A stretch of 64,000 nt of DNA, taken from NCBI GenBank assembly GCA_964573395.1, contig CAZNJI010000004.1, positions 27,379 to 91,378 on the forward strand. The letters run 5' to 3'. Source of the DNA: an uncultured Candidatus Saccharibacteria bacterium (lineage in GTDB: Bacteria > Patescibacteriota > Minisyncoccia > Phycocordibacterales > UBA9973). The notes beneath the pieces are model-generated. The model was not told where the DNA came from. It saw only the letters and a program-made list of their open reading frames with translations, and searched no databases. The position numbers were made by a program, and so were the translations under genes. This document shows, piece after piece, positions 46,142 through 54,743 of the stretch (its first letter is position 1; each line of letters begins with the position of its first letter).

Positions 46142-46906
46142 CTAAGAAGCGGGCTTTTCGGAAGTGGCAAGCGGAATGGTAATGGTAAAGGTGGTTCCGA
46201 CCCCTTCTTTACTCTCAAACGCAATGGTTCCGCCATGCTTTTCGATGATCTGCTTGGTGGTATAGAGGCCGAGCCCCGAGCCGACCATTTCCTTCTTGAT
46301 GGCGTTCGTTGCGCGGAAGAATTTGTTGAAAATGTTCTGCTGTTCCGATTCCGGAATGCCGATGCCGCCGTCTTTAACGAGCAGTGTGGCATTTTTTTCA
46401 TCAGCCGAGAGGGCAACTGAGACGCGCTTGCCCGGCTCGCTGTACTTGATGCCGTTTTCAATTAAGTTTTGAATGACGACGCGAAGCTTCAGCTGATCGG
46501 CAAAGACAATCATCTGATTTGCCGGTTTGATGAAAACCAGTTCAACGCCGCGCTTGAATCCTTCGCTTCTGAAATCGAATATCACTTCATCAACGAGCGA
46601 AACGAGATCGAGCTCGGAAAAATCATACTTGATGGTCGCATTATCGGTATGGTTGAGCGTGAGGACGTCGTTGACGAGGCTGACCATGCGGTCGTTTGAA
46701 AGTATGGCCCGCTCAAGGAGCGAATGCTGGCCTTCGGAAAGGGTGCCGAAATCGCCGTCAACGAGCATCTTCAACAGCCACTTTACCGCGGAGAGCGAAG
46801 TGCGAAGTTCATGTGCAGAAATGGAAATGAGATCGGCTTTGTTCTGATTGGCGGTTTGGAGCCGTTTAATCTCTGCTTCGTATACTTCTTTTTCAGATTC
46901 CGTCAT
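46142..46906 (-). CDS. Soluble sensor histidine kinase (HisKA + HATPase_c, no TM segment)
   Basis: H-box ISAHELRTSLSAVKW; N, G1 and G2 boxes (IENGIKYS, DGGIGIPE, GSGLGLY). Confidence 0.85.
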   Translation of the reverse strand: MTESEKEVYEAEIKRLQTANQNKADLISISAHELRTSLSAVKWLLKMLVDGDFGTLSEGQHSLLERAILSNDRMVSLVNDVLTLNHTDNATIKYDFSELDLVSLVDEVIFDFRSEGFKRGVELVFIKPANQMIVFADQLKLRVVIQNLIENGIKYSEPGKRVSVALSADEKNATLLVKDGGIGIPESEQQNIFNKFFRATNAIKKEMVGSGLGLYTTKQIIEKHGGTIAFESKEGVGTTFTITIPLATSEKPAS

Positions 46907-46912
46907 GGTTCT

Positions 46913-47392
46913 TTAGCAGGTGCACACGCCTTTGATGCAATCACATCCTGGTTTGCAGTTGCACTTCTCGCCATGGATGGAGCAGACGCCGTTTTTGCAG
47001 TCAGCGCAGTGCGCTCCGCCGTGCCTGCAGGCGTGGCAGCTGCACCAGCTTGATCGAAGGTATGAACCAACCCATACCAGGAAGAGGGCACCGCCGGCAA
47101 TCAGGCCGCTCATGCCAAGCATTAATTCAACTGCCACTGCGCCGCCAAGGACGCTGCTTGCAGCAAGAATGGCAAAGCGGTGCGTTTTAGGAATCCAGAG
47201 GAGGACGGTAAGAAGTATTTCAACGACGCCGAGCGCTACGCGGTATTGATCGATGCCGAGTGATTGAAACAGAATTGTTTCCTGGGAAGCGCCTGAAATT
47301 TTCCCGAAGCCGTTAATGAAGAGTAGAAGCGTGGGAAGTGCCAATACTATGCTGCCAATGATTTTTTTTGCCGAATGGGTGCCTAATGTCAT
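46913..47392 (-). CDS. DoxX-family membrane protein fused to a Cys-rich metallothionein-like tail
   Basis: Four TM helices. C-terminal CSCHACRHGGAHCADCKNGVCSIHGEKCNCKPGCDCIKGVCTC carries 14 Cys in 42 aa. Confidence 0.6.
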   Translation of the reverse strand: MTLGTHSAKKIIGSIVLALPTLLLFINGFGKISGASQETILFQSLGIDQYRVALGVVEILLTVLLWIPKTHRFAILAASSVLGGAVAVELMLGMSGLIAGGALFLVWVGSYLRSSWCSCHACRHGGAHCADCKNGVCSIHGEKCNCKPGCDCIKGVCTC

Positions 47393-47491
47393 GCGAATAT
47401 ATGTAATTGATAGATAATGACTTATTGTAGCATTTTCGGCAGTCGATAGAAAAAAGCGCTTTTTTATGTTAGAGTTTGCCGGAATATATAT

Positions 47492-47581
47492 GGAGACGTG
47501 GCTGAGCTGGTCGAAAGCGCCTCACTGCTAACGAGGTAAGCCCGTTAAACGGCTTCGAGGGTTCGAATCCCTCCGTCTCCG
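47492..47581 (+). tRNA. tRNA-Ser(GCU) with a long variable arm; CCA not encoded
   Basis: Acceptor GGAGACG/CGTCTCC; D-arm GCTG-AGCTGGTCGAA-AGCG; anticodon loop CTGCTAA, so anticodon GCT; variable arm TAAGCCCGTTAAACGGCTTC; T-arm GAGGG-TTCGAAT-CCCTC; discriminator G. Confidence 0.85.
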
Positions 47582-48006
47582 CAAAGTCTTGAGCGAAGTG
47601 AAAGCTTTGCAGAGACGAGCAAAACAGGGTTTTGCGTGGGGGATTCGAACGACGGAGGCAATTGAGTATTCAAGAGAATACGAAGCCGAGTCGGTGCCCA
47701 GACTAACATTTTCGGGCGAGAAAATTTAAGTCGCGGGCGAATCCTCCGTCTCCGCCAACCCCCGACCCCCATGTTGGACACCTTCGATTTCCAACGCTAT
47801 CGCTGCCTTCCACCACAGGGGTTGGCGACAATCGCACAATGAGGCGCGATTGCGGAGACGGTGACATACTTGAGTATGTCACGGGAGGGATTCGAAAAGC
47901 GCAGCGATGTTTTGCGAGCCAGCAAAACCGCGAGCTGGGGTCGAGAAATTTTAAGAGCGACGGCGAATAAAATATTCGTGACCGAATATTCCCCCGTCTC
48001 CGCCAG
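47582..48006. repeat. Array of direct and inverted copies of the tRNA-Ser 3' end (att-scar-like repeats)
   Basis: Direct copies GGCGAATCCTCCGTCTCCGCCA at 47737-47758 and CGAATATTCCCCCGTCTCCGCCA at 47983-48006, each preceded by CGAGAAA(A)TTT(T)AAG. Minus-strand copy at 47855-47903, where GCGGAGACGG-TGACATACTTGAGTATGTCAC-GGGAGGGATTCGAA reverse-complements to the T-loop and acceptor end with a 22-bp palindrome inserted. Scrambled inverted fragment TGGGGGATTCGAACGACGGAGG at 47637-47660. Confidence 0.8.
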
Positions 48007-48084
48007 TACAGATTTCTTGACATTAGTTTTTATATATGATACAAAAATATTGAAAAAGCTTTTTCTAAAATTAAATTTTTAATT

Positions 48085-48306
48085 ATGCAAAAAAAGACGA
48101 ACACCCGTTTTAAAGACAATGATTTCAAGAAAGGAACGGGTAGTGACGGTAAGCCCTTTTGCTGTGTAATGGTCGCTCGTGATAAAGATGGAGTGGCTGT
48201 TCGTGACAGTAAGGATTCGAAAAAAAACACCCTTCACTTTAATAACAAGGAATGGGAAGTTTTTCTTCAAGCCATCAAGGATGGAGAATTTGAAGTAGTG
48301 AAATAA
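48085..48306 (+). CDS. DUF397-domain protein (73 aa)
   Basis: FKKGTGSDGKPFCCVMVARDKDGVAVRDSKDSKKNTLHFNNKEWEVFLQAIKDGEFE matches the DUF397 signature (..RDSKDP....L.F...EW.AF...VK.GEFD). This is a family mostly known from actinomycetes. Confidence 0.65.
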   Translation: MQKKTNTRFKDNDFKKGTGSDGKPFCCVMVARDKDGVAVRDSKDSKKNTLHFNNKEWEVFLQAIKDGEFEVVK

Positions 48307-48361
48307 TTTCTGATTTTAGAAAGTAGTTAATCACTACTTTCTTTTTTATTAAAAAAATATT

Positions 48362-48859
48362 ATGCATCAAAAAGATAAAAAACTTTATATTATTCCAGGA
48401 TACCGAGAATCTACTAGGAAAAAACCCTATAGACAGATAGCAGCCCTTGGGTTAAAGAAAAAATATAAAATCATTAAGATAAATCCAAAATGGAACGTAT
48501 CGTTAGTATCACAAATCGTTCCTGTGGGTAAGAATGATGTTATTTTTGGTTTTTCTCTCGGGGGTATTCTTGCTCTTTTGATTGCTCAAAAATTTGCTTG
48601 TAAAAAAGTAATACTTGCTTCTGCTACTACGCATAAATGTGCTAATGATTTAAAAACATTTCTACCTGCTGATATCATAAAAGATATTAGAAAAACAAAG
48701 AAAAATGTTGCAAGTAAGGTAATTAGGTTCTATGGAGAGTTCGAACGAGAGGATGCAATAAAATACTTACCGGAAGGTGCTTCTATACAGAAATTTATTT
48801 CAAAAACTGAGCACAATCTATCCGAGGCTTATATTGATGCTATTGATAAGGTACTTTAA
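48362..48859 (+). CDS. Small alpha/beta-fold serine hydrolase (RBBP9/YdeN-like esterase)
   Basis: Nucleophile elbow VIFGFSLGGILAL is a GxSxG motif; ~165 aa; very AT-rich gene. Confidence 0.5.
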   Translation: MHQKDKKLYIIPGYRESTRKKPYRQIAALGLKKKYKIIKINPKWNVSLVSQIVPVGKNDVIFGFSLGGILALLIAQKFACKKVILASATTHKCANDLKTFLPADIIKDIRKTKKNVASKVIRFYGEFEREDAIKYLPEGASIQKFISKTEHNLSEAYIDAIDKVL

Positions 48860-48996
48860 AAATTCTGAAAATAAATTTAACTTCGTACATATAGAGTCAA
48901 TAGTAAAAACTACCCATCTCTAATAAAAAATACTCGTTTGATTTCACACATAAAAAATCAAAAAAATCAGGGAAATATACTATACTATAAGGAACC

Positions 48997-51900
48997 ATGA
49001 GACGAATCCGCTCCGGCATATTTCGGCGTTACCGAATGACCATTCTCGGTTTGCTTGGAGCATTCCTTTTTTCGGCCATCATCTCATTTGCCGCTCCACC
49101 CAGCTCACCATACACTCCCGGAGAAACGCTTGATCCAACCTGTGCGCCGGGAGACGCGAATTGTTACGTTGAAAGTTCAAGCGGAGATTCTTTTTATACC
49201 GATGATGGCGCGCTAACTGGAAACAGAGCAATCGATTTAGATGGCAACACACTTAGTTTTACTGGCGGAACGGTTTTAATCGGCGGAACACCAACGTTTT
49301 CCGGCTTCTCAACAAATGGCGGGCTCCTTTATACAAACGGCTCCGGCGTCGTCTCACAAACAGGCGCAGGCACTGCCAACCAAGTGCTCCACGGCGGAAT
49401 CAATCCGACATACTCAGCAGTCTCGCTTTCTGCTGATGTTTCTGGTGATCTGCCGTTTGCAAACCTCGCCCAGATTACCGGCCTTTCAGTATTAGGTGTT
49501 ACCGGAACCAGCACCGCTGATGTTGCGGCAATTACCGGTACGGCAAATCAGGTGCTTCGCATTAATGCAGGCGGAACAGCGCTTGGTTTTGGCACGATAG
49601 CAAATGCAGGGCTTGCAAACTCCTCAATTAGTTTCGCGACCGGAACTTCAGGTACTAACGTGAACTGGTCTTCATCTCCCGTTTCTCTGGGCGGAACGGC
49701 AACCTTAAATATCCCCGATGCTAGTGCTTCGGCGCGAGGCTTGGTAACAACAACCGGCACGCAAACCTTTGCTGGAGACAAAATCTTTACCAGTGAAGTG
49801 GCAGTTGGCACCGATTTGGTAGACGGCCGATTCCAAGTAAGTTCTGCGGAGGGAAATTACCTGCGCATAGACAACGACAACGGAATTTACGGAATAGGAG
49901 ATCTCAGCGGCCTCTATAATGGCAGTTACTTTCAGATTGATGATGCTAATCACGAGATAGACCTTTGGGTTACCGGAGAAGTAACTGAAAATAATTTTGA
50001 AATTGGTGATGGGTATGGAGGTTTTTCTAGCTACTATCAAAATGGAACCGTAACAGCATCAAGCGAGTATTATTTGGAGGCACTTGGCGGAATTACTATT
50101 AGTTATGATTATGAAGATACGAATACAACTCAAGTTATAGATTCCGGCCTCCGTTTTGATGGAAATTTTATTGAGCTAAAAACAGAAGAAAATTATGATA
50201 ACGGAGCCGAAGTATCTTATGCTGGTCTTATGCTCAATCAAGCTTGGGCAGAGCTTGGTGCAAGTTATGAATTTAATAATTACGACTATGATGCAACGAT
50301 CCAAACCTCAAATGGTGGTACCGAGCTCTATTCTTCTCGAGAGTACAATGGAGAAACTGAAGCATTTTCAGAACTGAGCCTCAGACCTGATATTTCAGAA
50401 ATGATAACTCCTCGGTTAGGTATTGTGGGCACCTATGCCTATAACGACACGCTTCCGTTTCAAGACGCTCAGGTTGCAATTCTTGGCGGATTGGGGCCGG
50501 AAGAGATTACGAACGGCACTTTCACCGGCAATGCCAATGGATGGGTAACGGGAGGAGATGACGATACGCTTCCTTCTGATAACTGGGCGTATGGCACCAA
50601 TAATGCACAGCATACTCCCGGGGAAGATGTTGTTCTTCGCCAAGATGGTGAGCTGGTATACGGAGAAACATATAAAGCTCAATTTACTATTGGCGGCACA
50701 ACCGGTTGGGTACAGGTATGTTTGGGTGAGAACGGCGACTGTGCAGAGTTTGATGCAGGAGACGGTTCGGTAACTTTTACGGGAAGTTGGGAGGCGCTGA
50801 CCAGCAGTAAGATACTTTTTTACCCATCATCCGATTTCGACGGCACGATCGACAATGTGTCGGTAAAGCGCGTGTTCTCTAACCGGCATGCTGCGCTTGA
50901 TGTGCAAGGGAAAACCAACCTGCAGAATTTGGCGATATCAGGCACCGCCCTTGGCGATTTATATGGTGCCGAATTGATAACGAACGGAACCTTTACGGCT
51001 AATACAGATGGCTGGCAAACGGAAGATCCAGGGGGCGGTAATCCGGAAGCGCTTGATTCAAAAGGTTGGGCATATGATAACCGGGGATGGGTTGAATTTG
51101 ATTCGGGTACGCAACAATCAAATTACCTGACCCAAGTCATAGATTTGACTGAAGGCGCCCAATACCGTGTTTCGATAAAGGTACAAGATGGAGACGGAAG
51201 AGTATACGTAGCGCTTGGAGGGGATAATGATGCAAATTATATCGAGCTTAGTGGAGAGAGTGGTATTACTACTGTAACGCTTACTGCTGGCGCGGGTGAT
51301 TTTCTCTGGATTGTTCCTGACACGGACAATAACGGCGATTGGTTTAGTGGTTTTATTGATGAAGTATCCGTAAAAGAGGTTACCGGAGAAGCGGCGCTGA
51401 GTGTTACTGGCAACACCGTGCTACATAGTTTGGCCGGAAACGGGAGCGGTTTTGTTTCGGTTGATAACGATGGCGTGCTTTCGTGGAGTGCAGGCGGAGC
51501 CGGCGGGGTGGGGGGTAGCAATACGCAGCTGCAATTCAACGACGATGGCAACATGGCTGGCGCAACTGATGTTCTCTATAGTAAAGGAGCTTCCGGTAGT
51601 TCAGGCGATTCATTGGGCGACGAAGAAATAACTAATGGCTCTGTTACTGGAAATACAAATGGCTGGACGGCCATTAATGGCGACCCACTCCCAGCGAACA
51701 ACTGGTCTTATGGCAGTAACAACCTTAATTACGACCCAAACGGAGGAAACCCAGTTGCACAACTAGGAGAACTTGTGGAAGGAGCAACCTACAGAATTAC
51801 ATTTACAGTAACTGGAACTGCTGGAACAATAAGCGTAAGACTCGATGGTGACATTGATGCTGAATATGCTTATAACGCCGGCACAGTAACACTAGATAAA

Positions 51901-54735
51901 ATCTATGGATTCGATAACGGTACGAAAATTGTTTTTTCTCCATCAAATGATTTTGATGGAAATCTTGATGATATCTCAGTAAAAAGAGTTAATCTTGAAG
52001 AGGGTGCAGAGCAAATTACGAATGGCACCTTTACCGGCAATGCTGATGATTGGGAGTCGAATGGTAATCCGCTTCCTGACGGAAACTGGGCATATGGCAG
52101 TAATAATGTAGAGCACACCTCAGGTTCTATAGAACCTGTCTATCAATTCGGAAACTTGGTTGAAGGTGGAAGGTATATTGTTCGGTTTGATATTGGAGGA
52201 ACTACTGGAAGCGTTAATGCTTGTCTAGGCAACGGCGATTGTGAACAATTTGCTGCAGGCGATGGGTCAGTGGAATTTTTAGGTCACTGGCAAGATCTTT
52301 TTGGTATTTCAATCTATTTTGAACCAACTACTGATTTTGACGGCACGATTGACAATGTTTCAGTAAAACCAATTCTCTATGAGGAAGGCAGTGAAGAGTT
52401 AACGAACGGCACCTTTACTGGCAATGGGGATGATTGGGTCACAGATACTAATGATGTTCTTCCTTCAAATGATTGGGCCTATAGCAGTAACAATGTCGAG
52501 CATACTGCAGGTACTGCAGTTCGGTTTAGACAGGATGGAGAATTAACACAAGATGGTCACTATATCGCTCGGTTTAATATTGGAGGAACAACAGGAACGG
52601 TTGAGGCATGCTTGGGAGAGAACGGAGACTGCTTCGAAGTTAGTGCCGGAGACGGGGATGTAACATTTATTGGAACATGGAGAGCGATATTAAGCAGTAA
52701 AATATTATTTGATCCATCAAGTGATTTTGACGGTACCATCGATAATGTGTCAGTAAAAAGCATCACCTATTCTGCTAGTGAGACTACTACTACTAGCCAG
52801 GCAAAATTCGGCATCGGCTATACCGATATTGCAGAATTTACGAGCGCAAAAGTTTCAGTGAGCGGGCTTGGCGACGAAGAGTTGACGAATGGGAAGTTTA
52901 CCGGCAACGCAACTGGATGGGACCTCGGATCAAATTGGGATTATGACGATAACACTGTTGTGCACGACCCGGTTGGAGAGACTATTCTTTCTCAGGACGG
53001 AAGTTTAACTGATGATGTTACCTATCATGTCAGTTTTACAATGACAGGAACTGACGGGATAGTTACGGTTTATTTGGATGAAAGTGCTTCGTATACGTTC
53101 ACAGGAGATACCAATGGTACAACAAGAACGTTTTCATTTACGCATACTTATGACGATTCGAGTGCTCTCGATACAGAAATAATTGTATTTTTTCCCGATA
53201 GTGATTTTGACGGTACGATAGACAATGTCTCAATTCGGGAGGTTCTAAATTCAGATTCAATCAATGCAATCGGAAACATTGCTATTAAAGGAGAGTTAGA
53301 CGTAGAACATAGAGTTACCCAAGATGCTGATTTATACGGCGTGCGAAGCGAGGTATCTCTTAATGATACGGATAATGGAAGCTTGAATTATCAGTACGGA
53401 GGCTACTTTAGTGCCACAAGCTTGGGAGAAGTAGGTTCGTACGGCGTATACGCAGTATCGGAAACTGATGGCGAGATAAGCGTCGGCGTATACGGGCGAG
53501 GCGCACGCGGCGTTCATGCGGTATCAACGTCAGATGATGCCGGCGCGGCTCTGTACGCTGAATCAATCAATGGGCCAGTTTTATACGGAGAAACTGCAAG
53601 AGTGGCCGCAACAGGAGAAGTTTTTCCAGCATTGTATGTACAGAATACGGGAACGTTTGATACTACTGCAGAGGAACTTATTTCCTACGGTGCGGTTCTT
53701 GATACCACTACCACTCGATCTGCCGGTGCAAATGATTTAATTAATATCGGATTAGCGATTTCCGTGAGTGGAGGCCAGGAAAATTACGCGCTCATAACTA
53801 CTGGCGGTAATGTTGGTATTGGAAATAGTACTCCCAATGTGCTACTCCATGTGGGAGATGATTCAGTAACAGATTTCACTGATTTGCTTACCCTAGAAGA
53901 CGAAGACTCAATTTGTAGTTTCAATGCTGATTCTGGTTCGCCAACATGCGGATCTGATTTGACGCTGAAAAAAGACATCGAAAGCTTGAATACGGTCGAC
54001 ATCCTGATGAAAGTTTCGCTCTTGAACCCTGTGTCATATCGCTGGAAGACGGATGAAGAGGGCAAGCCAGTACAGTTCGGATTCATTGCCCAGGAAGTAG
54101 AAGAGCAGTTTCCGGAGCTGGTAACCGAACGCGAATGGATAGACGGCAGTACGAAAAAATTCCTCAACATTGGCGGGCTGATGCCATATGCGATCGGTGC
54201 CATAAAAGAGTTGAATTTGAAGGTAGCGAATATTGAAAATATTTCTGCGCCCGAAAACTCGTTCGCGGCGATATTGAAAGCGTGGTTTGCCGATGCGGCA
54301 AATGCGATTGAAGAATTCGTAGCAACGAGAATTAAAGCTCGCGAAACATTCTGCATCAATGAAACCTGTTTGACTGAAACGGAATTGAAAGCACTGCTTG
54401 AAAATGCCGGTATTGCAATTCCGCCGCCGGCAGTTACTGAATCGGAAAATAACGAAGCACCTGAAGAAGAAATGCCCGAACCTACGCCGAGCGAGACAGA
54501 AACTGAAACCGAAGACCTTGTGTCTCCAGTAGAAAATCCGCCTACCGAAGAACCAATAGAAGAAGAGTTATCTGACGGGCCAGTCGAAGAGTCTGGCACT
54601 CCTCTGGAGCAACCGGTGGAGGAATATACAGAAGATACGCCAACTCCTCCAGAGAATTCTCCTGAACCAGAACCAGGTGAACAAGAAGAAAGTAATTCTG
54701 GAGAGACGCCAGCAGTTCCTCCGGCTACTCCGTAA
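48997..54735 (+). CDS. Giant surface protein (1912 aa): N-terminal TM anchor, Gly/Thr-rich fibre-like region, six tandem ~125-aa beta-sandwich modules, C-terminal S74-type intramolecular chaperone domain, acidic Pro/Glu-rich tail
   Basis: N-terminal TM helix. Six modules with the pattern EE.TNG.FTGN..GW...........W.Y......H.........Q.G.L......Y...F...GTTG.V..CLG.NGDC..F.AGDG.V.F.G.W........I.F.PS.DFDGTIDNVSVK. C-terminal LTLKKDIESLNTVDILMKVSLLNPVSYRWKTDEEGKPVQFGFIAQEVEEQFPELV matches the peptidase-S74 chaperone domain of phage tail fibres. Confidence 0.75.
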   Translation: MRRIRSGIFRRYRMTILGLLGAFLFSAIISFAAPPSSPYTPGETLDPTCAPGDANCYVESSSGDSFYTDDGALTGNRAIDLDGNTLSFTGGTVLIGGTPTFSGFSTNGGLLYTNGSGVVSQTGAGTANQVLHGGINPTYSAVSLSADVSGDLPFANLAQITGLSVLGVTGTSTADVAAITGTANQVLRINAGGTALGFGTIANAGLANSSISFATGTSGTNVNWSSSPVSLGGTATLNIPDASASARGLVTTTGTQTFAGDKIFTSEVAVGTDLVDGRFQVSSAEGNYLRIDNDNGIYGIGDLSGLYNGSYFQIDDANHEIDLWVTGEVTENNFEIGDGYGGFSSYYQNGTVTASSEYYLEALGGITISYDYEDTNTTQVIDSGLRFDGNFIELKTEENYDNGAEVSYAGLMLNQAWAELGASYEFNNYDYDATIQTSNGGTELYSSREYNGETEAFSELSLRPDISEMITPRLGIVGTYAYNDTLPFQDAQVAILGGLGPEEITNGTFTGNANGWVTGGDDDTLPSDNWAYGTNNAQHTPGEDVVLRQDGELVYGETYKAQFTIGGTTGWVQVCLGENGDCAEFDAGDGSVTFTGSWEALTSSKILFYPSSDFDGTIDNVSVKRVFSNRHAALDVQGKTNLQNLAISGTALGDLYGAELITNGTFTANTDGWQTEDPGGGNPEALDSKGWAYDNRGWVEFDSGTQQSNYLTQVIDLTEGAQYRVSIKVQDGDGRVYVALGGDNDANYIELSGESGITTVTLTAGAGDFLWIVPDTDNNGDWFSGFIDEVSVKEVTGEAALSVTGNTVLHSLAGNGSGFVSVDNDGVLSWSAGGAGGVGGSNTQLQFNDDGNMAGATDVLYSKGASGSSGDSLGDEEITNGSVTGNTNGWTAINGDPLPANNWSYGSNNLNYDPNGGNPVAQLGELVEGATYRITFTVTGTAGTISVRLDGDIDAEYAYNAGTVTLDKIYGFDNGTKIVFSPSNDFDGNLDDISVKRVNLEEGAEQITNGTFTGNADDWESNGNPLPDGNWAYGSNNVEHTSGSIEPVYQFGNLVEGGRYIVRFDIGGTTGSVNACLGNGDCEQFAAGDGSVEFLGHWQDLFGISIYFEPTTDFDGTIDNVSVKPILYEEGSEELTNGTFTGNGDDWVTDTNDVLPSNDWAYSSNNVEHTAGTAVRFRQDGELTQDGHYIARFNIGGTTGTVEACLGENGDCFEVSAGDGDVTFIGTWRAILSSKILFDPSSDFDGTIDNVSVKSITYSASETTTTSQAKFGIGYTDIAEFTSAKVSVSGLGDEELTNGKFTGNATGWDLGSNWDYDDNTVVHDPVGETILSQDGSLTDDVTYHVSFTMTGTDGIVTVYLDESASYTFTGDTNGTTRTFSFTHTYDDSSALDTEIIVFFPDSDFDGTIDNVSIREVLNSDSINAIGNIAIKGELDVEHRVTQDADLYGVRSEVSLNDTDNGSLNYQYGGYFSATSLGEVGSYGVYAVSETDGEISVGVYGRGARGVHAVSTSDDAGAALYAESINGPVLYGETARVAATGEVFPALYVQNTGTFDTTAEELISYGAVLDTTTTRSAGANDLINIGLAISVSGGQENYALITTGGNVGIGNSTPNVLLHVGDDSVTDFTDLLTLEDEDSICSFNADSGSPTCGSDLTLKKDIESLNTVDILMKVSLLNPVSYRWKTDEEGKPVQFGFIAQEVEEQFPELVTEREWIDGSTKKFLNIGGLMPYAIGAIKELNLKVANIENISAPENSFAAILKAWFADAANAIEEFVATRIKARETFCINETCLTETELKALLENAGIAIPPPAVTESENNEAPEEEMPEPTPSETETETEDLVSPVENPPTEEPIEEELSDGPVEESGTPLEQPVEEYTEDTPTPPENSPEPEPGEQEESNSGETPAVPPATP
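50500..53245 (+). repeat. Six tandem ~375-bp coding repeats (putative carbohydrate-binding beta-sandwich modules) inside the giant gene
   Basis: The EE(I/L)TNGTFTGN...DFDGTIDNVSVK unit recurs six times. Confidence 0.75.
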
Positions 54736-54743
54736 ACTTGCGC

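Noticed and set aside
47626-47662. Possible additional tRNA on the minus strand (TGGGGGATTCGAAC...)
   Set aside because: It has a T-loop-like GGATTCGAAC segment but no complementary T-stem or acceptor stem and no cloverleaf. Treated as a scrambled tRNA-Ser fragment within the scar array.
53784-54599. 271-aa minus-strand ORF
   Set aside because: Inside the giant plus-strand gene. Ser-rich antisense artefact of the repetitive Gly/Thr coding region.
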